Source of the DNA: Mobula hypostoma
Taxonomy: Eukaryota
Direction: 5' to 3'
Length of the DNA: 64,000 nt
Assembly (NCBI RefSeq): GCF_963921235.1
Contig: NC_086097.1
Span: forward strand, 247,692,001 to 247,756,000
In this document: positions 12,120 to 24,820 of the stretch, piece after piece
Position numbering within the stretch: the stretch's first letter is position 1
How the letters are laid out: the number at the start of each line of letters is the position of its first letter
Made by a program: the position numbers and the translations under genes
Notes under the pieces: model-generated
The model's input: the letters and a program-made list of their open reading frames with translations, nothing else
What the model was told of the DNA's origin: nothing
Database searches by the model: none

Positions 12120-12220
12120 AAGGGTGATGAAGGATCTCGGCCTGAAATGTTGACTGTACCTCTTCCTAGAGATGCTGCCTGGCCTGCTGCATTCACCAGC
12201 AACTTTGATGTGTGTTGCTA
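12120..12220 (+). mobile_element. Penelope-like terminal fragment
   Basis: Matches 19403-19500. Confidence 0.8.
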
Positions 12221-13069
12221 AATATATATTGGGTTTTTTCCCCAGTTTTTGTCTTGCTTTGAGGTAAATAAAAGTTACTCAATTTATTTTTGTGACTCAA
12301 GCTATCTGGTTATTTTTCTTAAACAATTGACCCAAAGTTTTTTGTGACACTGACCAACACACCACAGGAAATTCCTAATACATGGAAATGTGTGTATATG
12401 GCAAATAAAGTTGCTCCTTGATCCATGATCGTTAATCATTCAGAAGTCTATCTCCAGCACCTGTTCTGCTGCCCCTATACTCACTGCTTTCTAACCTGCC
12501 AAGTGATCCCTAGCAGCGGGTTGAGATGGCTCTGCTCCGATGGTACCATCACTGCTGGTCAACAGCAGATGTCATTTCATTGCCTCCTCACTCAGGCCTG
12601 GAACACCTGGACAGTGAAGATCCATACGCCTGGATGCTCTGCACTGAGTACAACTCAGCATCCAACATTATCATCCCTTTGAAGCCCATCTCTGAGGTAG
12701 AATAGCGGTTAACACACCAGCTGCAAGATGGGTGTTCAATTCCTGCAACTGTCAGGAATTTGAGTGTTCACCCTACAGCGACGAGGGTTTCCTCCAGGTG
12801 CTCCAGTCCCCTCCTACGTCTGAAGAGGGACAGGTTAGGGTTAGTAAGTTGTGGGTATACTATGTTGGTACTGGCAGCATAGCAACACCTGCAGGCCTCG
12901 GAAAACAACACATTTTACTGTCTGTTTTGATGTTCGTGTGCCAAATAAAGTTATTCTTTATAGGCTCCAAGACCTGCGCCTTGATACCTCCCCGAGCAGT
13001 TATATCCTCAATTTCTTCCCCAGAAAATCCCTGTTAATACAGATCAGCAAAAGATCTCTTCCACAATCA

Positions 13070-14420
13070 CCATCAGCACGGGTGCACCACAAGGCTGTGA
13101 ACTTAGCCCTTTGCTCTACTTGCTTTATATCTGTGGTTGTGTGTGGCTAAATACAGCTCCAATGCCACATTTAATTTTGCTGATAACATCACAAAGGTGG
13201 TGACGAATTGGCACATAGGAGGGAGACTGAAAATCTGATTGAATGGTGCCACAACAACAATCTCTCATCAGAAAGACCGACAAGATCATTACTGACGACA
13301 GAAGGAAGAAGCCGGAGGTCCATGAGCCGGTCCTCATCAGGGGATCGGAGGTAGAGACAGTCAGTAACCTTATGTTTCAAGGCTTTATCATATCAGAGGG
13401 TCTGTCCTGGGACTAAGTGCCATCACAAATAAGACACAATAGCACATCTACTTAGAAATTTTTCTAGATTTGGAATGTCTCCTGAAACTTTGATAAACTT
13501 CTATAGATGCACAGTGGATTGTATCCTGACTGGTTGCATCATGGCCTGGTATGCCCAGGAACGGAAAAGACTACAGAAAGTGGTGGATACAGCCCAGTCT
13601 ATCACAGGCGAAACCTTCCCCACTGCCACAAGGAAGCAACACCCATCATCAAAGACTCCCACCATCCAGGCCATGCTTTTTCTCTCTATTACCATCAGGA
13701 GGTACAGAAGCCTTAGGTCCCACACCACCAGCTTTAGGAACAGCTTTAACCCTTCAACCATCAATAGACAATAGGTGAAGGAGTAGGCCATTCAGCCCTT
13801 CGAGCCAGCACCACCATTCACTGTGATCATGGCTGATCATTCACAATCAGTACCCTTTTCCTGCCTTCTCCCCATATCCCTTCACTCCACTATCTTTAAG
13901 AGCTCTATCTAACTCTTTCTTGAAAGAATCCAGAGAATTGGCCTCCACTGCCTTCTGAGGCAGAGCATTCCACAGAACCACAACCCTCTGTGTGAAAAAG
14001 TTTTTCCTCAACTCCGTTCTAAATTGTCTACCCCTATTCTTAAACTGTGGCCTCTGGTTCTGGACTCCCCCAACATTGGGAACACGTTTCCTGCCTCTAG
14101 CGTGTCCAATCCCTTAATAATCTTATATGTTTCAATCAGATCCCATCAGGATCTCAAACCAGCGTGGATAACTTCACTCACAACACTGAACTGATTCTAC
14201 AACCTACAGATTCAAATCTCTTTACAACTCATGTTCTCAGTTATTTTTTTATTTACACAGTTTGTCTTCTTTTGCACATTATACACAGACTTTATGAATG
14301 ATTTTTCATAGATTTCATTCTATTTCTTTATTTTCCTACAAATGTTTTGCAGAAAATGAATCTTGGGGTAGTATATTATAACATATTCATACTTCGATAA
14401 TAAACTTGTTTTGAACTTTG
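13070..14420 (+). mobile_element. Rex1/Babar LINE 3' half, split by a CR1 at 13764-14142
   Basis: ISTGAPQGC.LSPLLY, FADN, TLINFYRCTV, LQKVVDTAQSITG; (ACTTTG)-type tail. Confidence 0.85.
13764..14142 (-). mobile_element. CR1 subfamily A 3' fragment with TSD CCATCA
   Basis: CCATCA at 13758-13763 and 14143-14148; host element continues on both sides. Confidence 0.85.
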
Positions 14421-15036
14421 TTTATGTCTAGTGCTTTGGGAAGTCCAGTTGTGAATCATTTCAGTTTGTGCCAAGAACTCTTGACATCATTGTTAAGCAC
14501 AGCACGATTGGGTCGATATGCAAACATAAATTTCTTCTGTAAGTATTACCTGGACAAATTGTTTTAATATATTTTCATGCCCGATTGAATTTCTCAATCA
14601 TTCACTAACAAAACATAACAATTTTAATCCATTCCTACCAAGTAGAAAATTTATGAATCCATCCAATGTAGGTCAATAGAAAATAGAAACCAGAGTACTT
14701 TCCTTGAGCAGGTTCCATTATTCATCAAGATCATATCTAGTCTTCCACATCAGTGCTATTTTCCAACATTATTACCATGTCCTTTGATAACGTGTCCAAC
14801 ACATTCCACAGGGAGGACGTACAGAGACTCCTTAGAGAACAGTGCCGGAATTGAACTCTGACCTCTGGAATACCCTGAGCTGTAATAGTGTTACACTAAT
14901 TGCTACGCTACAGTGCTGACCAACTCCTTCTAGTTTTGCTGAACTCCCTCTAGCTGATCTACTGCCTTTGAAATGAGTTCTTTAAAACTCTTATAGATCA
15001 GAAAGCCAAGTTTTCAAGTGTATGAACTTCCCTTAC

Positions 15037-15680
15037 AGAAACAAGAGAAAATCTGCAGATGCTGGAAATCCAAGCAACACACACAAAATGCTGGAGGAAC
15101 TCAGCAGGCCAGGCAGCATCTATGGAAATAAGTACAGTCAGGCAAGAAGGGTTTTGGCCCGAAATGTTGACTGTACTTTTTTTCCACAGATGTTGCCTGG
15201 TCTGCTGAGTTCCTCCAGTATTTTGCATGTGTTGCTTGAACTTCCCTTATACTGTTCTTGTAAACACAAGAGATTCTGCAGATGCATAAATTCTTGAGTA
15301 ACACATACTGGAGGAATTCAGAAAGTCAGGCAGCATGAATGGAGGGGAATTATAAGTTGCTGTTTTGGGCAGAGACCCTTCATCAGAACTGTAAAGGAAG
15401 GGGCAAGAATCCAGAAAAAGAAGGCGAGGGGAGCGAGTAAAAGCTGGCAGGTGAGACCGGGTGAGAGGGAAGGTGGGTGTGTGGCGAAGGTAGTGATGAA
15501 GTAAGAAGCTGGGAGGTGATTGGTGGAAGAGGTAAAGGGCTAAAGAACAAGGAATCTGATAGGAGAGGAGATTGGACCATAGAAGAAAGGGAAGGAGGAG
15601 GGGTACCAGACAGAGGTGATGGGCAGGTGAGGAGAAGAGAAGGGGTAAGAGGAGAACCAGAATGGGTAATGAAAAAAGAT
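15037..15680. mobile_element. Cluster of Penelope 3' ends: inverted pair 15037-15245 and minus-strand copy 15262-15680
   Basis: Shared terminal motif GATGCTGCCTGGCCTGCTGAGTTCCTCCAGCATTTTG in both orientations; purine-rich 3' UTR. Confidence 0.8.
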
Positions 15681-16450
15681 ATTAATAATATTTAGTTATT
15701 TTAATTTCTCTTTATTACTAGTTCCTTGATTCCCTATTATTTTGGCATGTTTTTATCTGCCTTCTTTCCGGAAGATGGACGCAAGATAGTTATTTATTTC
15801 CTCTGTTGTTCCCTTATTCCTCAATTATCAATTCTCCTGTCTGTGTCTGTAAGAGATTCAAATGTAACCTTGTGCCTTTAACAGCTCTTACATCCCATTT
15901 CTTTGTATCTGATCAGTCCACTCTCACATTCTACCTTGCCTTTACCAACTTCTCCAGCCCTTGCTGACTTTTAAAATGTTCCCAATCTTCACGTTGTCTA
16001 TTTCTGCAAATGCATAAATCAATTTCATAACTCTGTAGATTTATTACTTTATAAATCCATTCTCCATTCTCCTCGCCTGCCAACACCTCCCTCTGGTATA
16101 TGCCTCTTTCCTTTCTTTCCTCCTTCCCTTTCTCCAAGTTCCATTCTCCTCTCACATCAGATTCCCTCTTCTTCAGCTCGTTACCTCTTCCACCTATCAC
16201 CGCATGGCTTCTCACTTCATCCCCCCTTCCTCACCCACCCACCTTCCCCCTTATTTGCTCTTATCTATCACCTACCAGCTTTTACTCCTTCCCCTCCCCC
16301 CACAGTCTTAGTCTGGCTTCATCCCCCTTCCTTTCCAGACCTGATGAAGGATGTCAGCCCGGTGCATCACACATTCCCTGTCGTCCATCATACTTTTTGA
16401 TGTCTTTCCTTAATCAACCACAGCTATCTTTCCTCTCATACCTTCATATC

Positions 16451-17492
16451 AATAGACAATAGACAATAGCTGCAGGAGTAGGCCATTCGGCCCTTCGAGC
16501 CAGCACCGCCATTCTCTGTGATCATGGCTGATCATCCACTATCAGTATCCAGTTCCTGCCTTATCCCCATAACCTTTGATTCCGCTATCCTTAAGAGCTC
16601 TATCCATCTCTTTCTTGAAAGCATCCAGAGAGTTGGCCTCCACAGCCTTCTGGGGCAGAGCATTCCATATATCCACCACTCTCTGGGTGAAAAAGTTTTT
16701 CCTCAACTCCGTTCTAATTGGCCTACCCCTTATTCTTAAACTGTGGCCTCTGGTTCTGGACTCACCCATCAGCGGGAAATTTGCTTCCTGCCTCCAGCGG
16801 GTCCAATCCCTTAATAATCTTATATGTTTCATTAAGTTCCCCTCTCAGCTTTCTAAATTCCAGTGTATACAAGCCCAGTCACTCCAATCTTTCAACATAT
16901 GACAGTCCCGCCATCCAGGGATTAACCTTGTGAACCCACGCTGCACTCCCTCAATAACAAGAATGTCCTTCCTCAAATTTGGAGACCAAAACTGCACAAA
17001 GTACTCCAGGTGTGGTCTCACCAGGGCCCTGTACAGCTGCAGAAGGACCTCTCTGCTCTTATACTCAATTCCCCTTGTTATGAAGGCCAGCATGCCATTA
17101 GCTTTCTTCACTGCCTGCTGTACTTGCATGCTTGCTTTCAGTGACTGATGTACAAGAACACCTAGATCTCGCTGTACTTCCCCTTTTCCTAACTTGATTG
17201 CATTTAGATAATAATCTGCCTTCCTGTTCTTACCACCAAAGTGGATAACCTCACATTTATCCACATTAAACTGCATCTGCCATGCATCTGCCTACTCACA
17301 CAGCCTGTCCAAGTCACCCTGCATTCTCATAACATCCTCCTCACATTTCACACTGCCACCCAGCTTAGTGTCACCGGCAAATTTGCTAATGTTGCTTTTA
17401 ATTCCCTCATCTAAATCATTAATATATACTGTAAACAGCTTCGGTCCCAGCACTGAACCCTGCAGTACCCCACTGGTCACCGCCTGCCATTC
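16451..17492 (-). mobile_element. CR1 subfamily A, 3' part (RT C-terminus and tail)
   Basis: GVLQGSVLGP, KFAGD, MQFNVDKC, RPHLEY; (CTATTGT)n tail. Confidence 0.92.
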
Positions 17493-19104
17493 CGACCAAC
17501 CTTATAGTTCCCACACCCCGCACTTCCCGTTTCTACCTCCTACCCAAGATCCACAAACCTGCCTGTCCTGGCCGACCTATTGTCTCAGCTTGCTCCTGCC
17601 CCACCGAACTCGTTTCTGCATACCTCGACACTGTTTTATCACCCCTTGTTCAATCCCTTCCGACCTATGTTCGTGACACTTCTCACGCTCTTAAACTTTT
17701 CGATGATTTTAAGTTCCCTGGCCCCCACCGCTTTATTTTCACCATGGATGTCCAGTCCTTATATACTTCCATCCCCCATCAGGAAGGTCTCAAAGCTCTA
17801 CGCTTCTTTTTGGATTCCAGACCTAATCAGTTCCCCTCTACCACCACTCTGCTCCGTCTAGCGGAATTAGTCCTTACTCTTAATAATTTCTCCTTTTGCT
17901 CCTCCCATTTCCTCCAAACTAAAGGTGTTGCTATGGGCACCCGTATGGGTCCTAGCTATGCCTGCCTTTTTGTTGGGTTTGTGGAACAATCTATGTTCCG
18001 TGCCTATTCTGGTATCTGTCCCCCACTTTTCCTTCGCTATATCGACGACTGCATTGGCGCTGCTTCCTGCACGCATGCAGAACTCGTTGACTTTATTAAC
18101 TTTGCCTCCAACTTTCACCCTGCCCTCAAGTTTACCTGGTCTATTTCCGACACCTCCCTCCCCTTTCTAGATCTTTCTGTCTCTGTCTCTGGAGACAGCT
18201 TATCCACTGATATCTACTATAAGCCTACTGACTCTCACAGCTATCTGGACTATTCCTCTTCTCACCCTGTCTCTTGCAAAAACGCCATCCCCTTCTCGCA
18301 ATTCCTCCGTCTCCGCCGCATCTGCTCTCAGGATGAGGCTTTTCATTCTAGGACGAGGGAGATGTCTTCATTTTTTAAAGAAAGGGGCTTCCCTTCCTCC
18401 ACTATCAACTCTGCTCTTAAACGCATCTCCTCCATTTCACGTACATCTGCTCTCACTCCATCCTCCCACCACCCCACTAGGAATAGGGTTCCCCTGGTCC
18501 TCACCTACCACCCCACCAGCCTCCGGGTCCAACATATTATTCTCCGTAACTTCCGCCACCTCCAACGGGATCCCACCACTAAGCACATCTTTCCCTCCCC
18601 CCCCCTCTGCATTCCACAGGGATCGCTCCCTACACAACTCCCTTGTCCATTCGTCCCCCCCCATCCCTCCCCACTGATCTCCCTCCTGGCACTTATCCGT
18701 GTAAGCGGAACAAGTGCTACACATGCCCTTACACTTCCTCCCTTACCACCATTCAGGGCCCCAAACAGTCCTTCCAGGTGAGGCATCACTTCACCTGTGA
18801 GTCGACTGGGGTGATATACTGCGTCCGGTGCTCCCGATGTGGCCTTTTATATATTGGTGAGACCCGACGCAGACTGGGAGACCGCTTTGCTGAACATCTA
18901 CGCTCTGTCCGCCAGAGAAAGCAGGATTTCCCAGTGGCCACACATTTTAATTCCACATCCCATTCCCATTCTGACATGTCTATCCACGGCCTCCTCTACT
19001 GTAAAGATGAAGCCACACTCAGGTTGGAGGAACAACACCTTATATTCCGTCTGGGTAGCCTCCAACCTGATGGCATGAACATTGACTTCTCTAACTTCCG
19101 CTAG
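17493..19104 (+). pseudogene. Penelope RT + GIY-YIG ORF with one frameshift near 18600
   Basis: RT frame (ORF 17744-18781) switches to the EN frame (ORF 18643-19104) at a poly-C tract. Confidence 0.85.
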
Positions 19105-19397
19105 GCCCCACCTCCCCCTCGTACCCCAGCTGTTACTCATTTTTTTGCACACATTCTTTCTCTCACTCTCCTTTTCTCCCTCTGTCCCTCTAAATATACC
19201 TCTTGCCCATCCTCTGGGTCACCCCCCCCCCCGTCTTTCTCCCTAGGCCTCCTGTCCCATGATCCTCTCGTATCCCCTTTTGCCTATCACCTGTCCAGCT
19301 CTCGGCTCTATCCCTCCCCCTCCTGTCTTCTCCTATCATTTTGCATCTCCCCCTCCCCCTCCAGCTTTCAAATCACTTACTCACTCTTCCTTCAGTT

Positions 19398-19433
19398 AGT
19401 CCTGACGAAGGGTCTCGGCCTGAAACGTCGACT
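19398..19433 (+). ncRNA. Minimal type I hammerhead ribozyme motif in the Penelope terminus
   Basis: AGTC-CTGACGA-A-GGGT(CTCG)GCCT-GAAA-CGTC-GACT: conserved CUGANGA and GAAA boxes, short helix II, ACGT palindrome for helix III, AGTC/GACT helix I. Confidence 0.75.
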
Positions 19434-19532
19434 GCGCCTCTTCCTATAGATGCTGCTTGGCCTGCTGCGTTCACCAGCAACTTTGATGTATGTTGCTTGA
19501 ATTTCCAGCATCTGCAGAATTCCTGTTGTTTG

Positions 19533-20654
19533 CGTTAATCGTCACTCTTTGTTTTCTGTCAGCCAGCCAATTTTCAATCCATGTCAGTACTCTTCCCCCA
19601 ATACCATGTGCCCTAATTTTGCCCACTAATCTCCTATGTGGGACTTTATCAAAGGCTTTCTGAAAGTCCAGGTACACTACATCCACTGGCTCTCCCTTGT
19701 CCATTTTCATAATTACATCCTCAAAAAATTCCAGAAGATTAGTTAAGCACGATTTCCCCTTCGTAAATCCATGCTGACTCGGACCGATCCTGTTACTGCT
19801 ATCCAGATGTGTCGTAATTTCATCTTTTATAATTGACTTCAGCATCTTTCCCACCACCGACGTCAAGCTAACCGGTCTATAATTCCCTGTTTTCTCTCTT
19901 CCTCCCTTCTTGAAGAGAGGGACAACATTAGCCACCCTCCAATCCACAGGAACTGATCCTGAATCTATAGAACATTGGAAAATGATTACCAATGCGTCCA
20001 CGATTTCTAAAGCCACCTCCTTAAGTACCCTAGGATGCAGACCATCAGGTCCCAGGGACTTATCAGCTTTCAGACACAACAGTCTATCCAATACCATTTC
20101 CTGCCTAATATAAGTTTCCTTCAGTTCATCCATTACCCTAGGTCCTTTGGCCACTATTACATCTGGGAGATTGTTTGTGTCTTCCCTAGTGAAGACAGAT
20201 CCAAAGTACCTGTTCAACTCGTCTGCCATTTCCTTGTTCCCCATAATAGATTCACCCGTTTCTGTCTTCAAGGGCCCAATTTTGGTCTTAACTATTTTTT
20301 CCTTTTCACATACCTAAAGAAGCTTTTACTATCCTCCTTTATATTCTTGGCTAGTTTACCTTCGTACCTCATTTTTTCTCTGCGTATTGCCTTTTTAGTT
20401 ACCTTCAGTAGCTCTTTAAAAGTTTCCCAATCCTCCGGCTTCCCACTCGTCTTTGCTATGTTGTACTTCTTCTCTTTTATTTTTATACTGTCGATTACTT
20501 CCCTTGTCAGCCACGGCCTCCCCTTACTCCCCTTAGGATCTTTCTTCCTCTTTGGAATGAACTGATCCTGCACCTTCTGCATTATTCCCAGAAAGACTTG
20601 CCATTGCTGTTCCACTCTCATCCCTGCTAGGGAACTCTTCCATTGAACTTTGGC
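19533..20654 (-). mobile_element. CR1 subfamily A, upstream part of the same copy as 16451-17492
   Basis: ORF 19471-20271 KSLGPDGLHP, YRPVSLTS, DFQKAFD; collinear across the Penelope insertion. Confidence 0.92.
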
Positions 20655-21240
20655 TAGCAGACAGCAGGATAAAAGGTGTGGAGGGCAAGGAGGCCAGCGG
20701 AAGGTGATAGGTAAAGGACTGGAGAAGAAGGAATTTGATAGAAGAGGAGAGTGCACCATATGAGAAAGGGAATGAGGAGGGGACCAGGGAAGTGATAGGC
20801 TGGTGGGAAGATGTAAGAGGCCAGAGTGTGGAATAGGGAAAGAAGGGAGTGGAGGGAGAAAATTATTTTACTGGAAGAAGAAATCAATATTCATGCCATT
20901 GCATTGGAGGCTACCCTGATGGAGTATAAGGCGTTGCTCCTCCACCCTGAGGTGGCCTCCTCTTGTGCCAAGACTGGGTTTGAACGCGGGAACCTCCGTA
21001 CCAGAGTCCGGCGCTGATGTCATTGCGCCACCAGCCGGCACAGAAAGTTAAAGGAGGCCATGGACTGACACGTTGGAACTGGAGTAGGAATCGGTATTAA
21101 GATATTTGGCCACCAGGAAGTCCCGTTTGTGGTGATGGAGCAGAGTTGCCTGACGAAGTGGTCCCACAATTTACGCCGGGCCTGATCAATACAGAAGACA
21201 CTGTTTCGGTAGCACCAGACGCAAGAGACAACCCCAACAA
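20655..21240 (-). mobile_element. Old Penelope 3' fragment (EN C-terminus and UTR)
   Basis: Reverse complement resembles 18790-19100 (LRVEEQRL.......LQ.NGMNIDF). Confidence 0.65.
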
Positions 21241-21603
21241 ATTCCCTTGATTTTCATCTACTGATTCAGAAAAGCATCTCATTTACATTCCATAAAATAT
21301 TATGGCATATGTGATTTGTAGTTAGGTTATAAATTCCAGTGATCACTCCATTCCCCTTTCATTTCCTTATTCCAACCACGGCCAACATTATCCACCGCTT
21401 GGCCGCCTATAAATTACCTGACCAATGTTTTCTCACCCTTATCTATTTCTTAGCTTGACCCAATCAAATTCTAATTCATGATGTGTCAAGTCAAGATCAT
21501 TTCTTATCACTGCAATGATCTCCACCCTTATTAATAGTCCTTTACCACCCTTTGTGTTTTCTTTCTTGCTTGTCCTTCCTAAATGCCAAACATCCTTCAA
21601 TAC

Positions 21604-22547
21604 CACTGGACAGTAAATCTTTTCAATCACTTGCTTCCCCAGAAATGTTTTGTCATTGTGATAGTATGTTTTAAGCTGAACACAAGTATAATTTTAGACT
21701 ACATTTATCATGTAGAAATTTGGAGAAAAAAGTAATTAACTTTTTTTGAATATAATGTGTTTAATTGCATCACGGTGCTAACGCATTGCACTAGTTCAAC
21801 TAAACTAAAAATGTTTTGTTGATGAATTTCATTCGTACTCAGTGTCTGAGGCTTCGTGCTTAAGTGTCCAATAATAATTGATGGATTCCAGTTGCCCTGA
21901 TACCGTTTCTCCATGACCGCAATGTCCTGGTGAAACCTTTCACCATGATCTTCACTGACAGTGCCAAGATTTGCAGGGAGGAAGTCTAAATGGGAATGCA
22001 GAAAATGAATCTTTAGTGACATGTTGCACTTCATGGTTTTGTATGCTTGAAGCATGTTGCCAGTGTAATTTGGTGCTCTGTAGTTGCCAAGAAAATTTTC
22101 AACAACATCCTTGAACGCTTTCCATCCGATTTTCTCTGGTCCCACTAGAGGTTCTTCAAATTGCCTGTCATTCATTACCGGTTTGTTTTGTGGATGAACA
22201 CAAATGCCTTCCTTAATTTTGACATCAGTTATTCTGGGAAACATCTGTCATATATCAAAATCCTTCACAGAAATTTTAATCCCTTTCTAAAACCTGTCCT
22301 GCCATGCAGCATCTGCCCTGCCTAATCACGCCCAGGCATGTCTGGACAAGATAGAAAACTTTTCGACTTACATTGTGAGCAACATTTTAATTGACTTGAA
22401 TTATGAATCGAAATAACAAATACAGGTGATTTTTTTTAAAAAATGTGTGTGATAGGGAAATTCCAAAGTGATTTTCATGATCAGCAGCCCAAGATCCATA
22501 AAATAACGCCCAAAATATTCAGGAAGGAAAATCTTTGTTGTCCAGTG
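21604..22547 (-). mobile_element. Internally deleted Chapaev3-like (CMC) DNA transposon with imperfect TIRs
   Basis: ORF 21708-22244 MSLKIHFLHSHLDF...HGERFHQDI..MEKRYQG; ends CACTGGACAGTAAA ... TTTGTTGTCCAGTG; flanks TAC and TAA. Confidence 0.75.
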
Positions 22548-22954
22548 TAATTTGCTCCCAGGTTTGATCACCCCACAGCCAAATTCTCATAATGGCAATT
22601 AGATCACAACTACAGTATTTCTTCCTATTTGTGTCACTAATTCATTTCCCTTATCGAGAATGCTGTGAATGTTCAGATGTAATGTTTTTAATTTCGTCCT
22701 GTGTCTATTCAAGAAGATTGACAGAGCTGGTTTCGAATTAGCTCCATTACTGTTTTGCTTGGCTGCTAGTAGTCTCATTATAATTATAATTGCCCAATGC
22801 ACAATGTGTAGAACTCTTCCAATCAGCAATGAAAACATGCTTAAAGAATTAGCTTTACAAAACAAAAACCTTTGTAAATAATTCAAACTGTTAGTATAGT
22901 TTATTTCTAAATATTATTCCTCCACCCACTGCAAGTTCAGGTCCTAATCATTAG

Positions 22955-24210
22955 TCAGAATCAGAATCAGAAGTGAATTAGCAATCGGGTGGCAGAGGGG
23001 AAGAAGCTGTTCCTGAATCACTGACTGTGTGCCTTCGGGCTTCTGTAGCTCCTTCCTGACAGTAACAATGAGAAGAAGTCATGATCTGCGTGATAGGAGT
23101 CCTTCATAACAGACGCCGCCTTTCTGAGGCTCTGCTCTTGAAGATGTCTTGGATACTATGGAGGCTAGTACCCAAGCTGACTAAATTTACAACATTCTAT
23201 AGCTTCTTTTGATCCAGTGCAGTAGCCCACCACCACCCCTCCCCCCACCAGTGATGCAGCCTGTCAGAATACTCGCCGCAGTACATCTGTAGAGGTTTTT
23301 GGATGCTTATATGACAAACCAAATCTCAAAAAAATGGCAGCGGAGGAGGAGAAGATGGCGGCGCGAGGGCAGCGTGCGCGGCCTCTCCGGTGATGAATAT
23401 CTGTTATCTGTCAAGTAGGGGACCGTGTACAATTCTGGTTTGATGGAGATGGAAGTGAGAGTACGGAGGAACATCTGAAAAACCTCTGAAATGCCCGCTT
23501 CGCTGCCGCTGCTACTGTATGGTAACTGGAATCTCCGGAGCAGAAGCCCCCGAAATCTTCGGCTTTGCTTGTTTCAGTGGCCGGAGCGTGGTCGAAGGCG
23601 CTCGGCAGAGGATGGCGCTCGTGAGGCTGTATCGGAGGGGCTGGTCAGAGGCTCGAAGTTTTCAGACGGATGGACTCAGTGTCGGCTGTGGTTGGCTGCT
23701 TCCAAGGCATCGGCAAGTTGACGGTGCCTGGAGGTTTATGGCAGTGAGTTTCTCCCTTTTGTCACCTGCTGTCGGGGACTCGGGAGTCGATCGACTCGGG
23801 GACTTCTGAGACTTTTTTTACTGTGCCCATAGTTTGTTCTTCATCAAATTGTGGTATTGCTTTGCACTGATGTAACTATATGTTATAATTATGTGGTTCT
23901 GTCAGTGTTAGTCTTTGGTTTGTCCTGTTTTCTGTGATATCACTCCGGAGAAACATTGTATCATTTCTTAATGCATGTATGCATTTCTAAATGACAACAA
24001 AAGAGGACTGAGTGTTCTCATAATCTAAAAAAAAACTCCTAATGAAGTATAGCTACTGTCTCGCCTTCTTTATAGCTGCATCGATATGTTGGGACCAGGT
24101 TGGATCCTCAGAGATCTTGACCCCAGGAACTTGAAACTGCTCACTCTCTCCACTTCTGGTCGCTCCATGAGGATTGGTTTCTTGTACCCTCGTCTTACCT
24201 TTTCTGATGT
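22955..24210 (-). mobile_element. Rex1/Babar 3' fragment split by family X element
   Basis: Similar to the other Rex1 pieces; (ATTCTG)n tail; resumes at 24036. Confidence 0.7.
23331..24035 (+). mobile_element. Non-autonomous retroposon family X, apparently full length
   Basis: Starts GC-rich with AAGATGGCGGCG, has no coding homology and ends in an A-rich tail; second copy at 9405-10500. Confidence 0.75.
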
Positions 24211-24820
24211 CATAGAATCATAAACCACTACAGCACAGAAACAGGTCCTTCAGCCCATCTAGTTGTTGCTGAACCAGAATTCTGCCTAATCCCATTGACC
24301 TACACCAGGACCATGGTACTTCATACCCCTCCCATCCCTGTACTTCACATAATATTGAAATCACACTTGCGGCCACCACTTAAAAAATTGTTCCTTTGTA
24401 TTAGTCATTTACATCATAGAAAAAATTCTTTGGCTCTCCACTCAGTCTATGCCTCTTACCATCTTGTACGCCTCTATCGAGTCACCTCTATCGTCCCTCT
24501 TTGTTCCAAAGAGCTTTAGTTCACTCAGCCTATTCTCATAAAACATGCTCTCTAATCCAGGCAGCATCCTGGTAGATCTCCTCTTAGCACCTCTCTAAAG
24601 CTTCCACATCCTTCCTAGAATGAAATGACCAGGACTGAAGACGATATTCCAAATGTGGTCTAAGCAGAGTTTTGTAGAGCTGCAACATTGCCTCGTGGCT
24701 CTTGTACTCAATCCCCTGACTAATGAAGGTCAACACACCATACGCCTTCTTAACCAATCTATTAACTTGCACGGCATCTTTGAGGGATCTATCGACATGG
24801 ACCCCAAGAGCCCTCTACTC
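24210..24820 (-). mobile_element. Old CR1 3' fragments
   Basis: VKKAYGVLTFI...LYKTLLRPHLEY. Confidence 0.8.

Larger units (their letters stand above)
17493..19535 (+). mobile_element. Penelope-like element (Neptune-type), 5'-truncated, inserted in a CR1
   Basis: FYLLPKIHK, GRPIVS, MDVQSLYT, GVAMGTRMGPSYA, FLRYIDD, Cys motif CKRNKCYTC, GIY-YIG (GVIYCVRCSRCGLLYIGET). Confidence 0.93.

Noticed and set aside
20971..21039. tRNA-like sequence on the minus strand (TGGCGCAATG, GTTCAAACC)
   Set aside because: Acceptor and anticodon stems do not pair well; more likely a SINE head inserted in a Penelope fragment.
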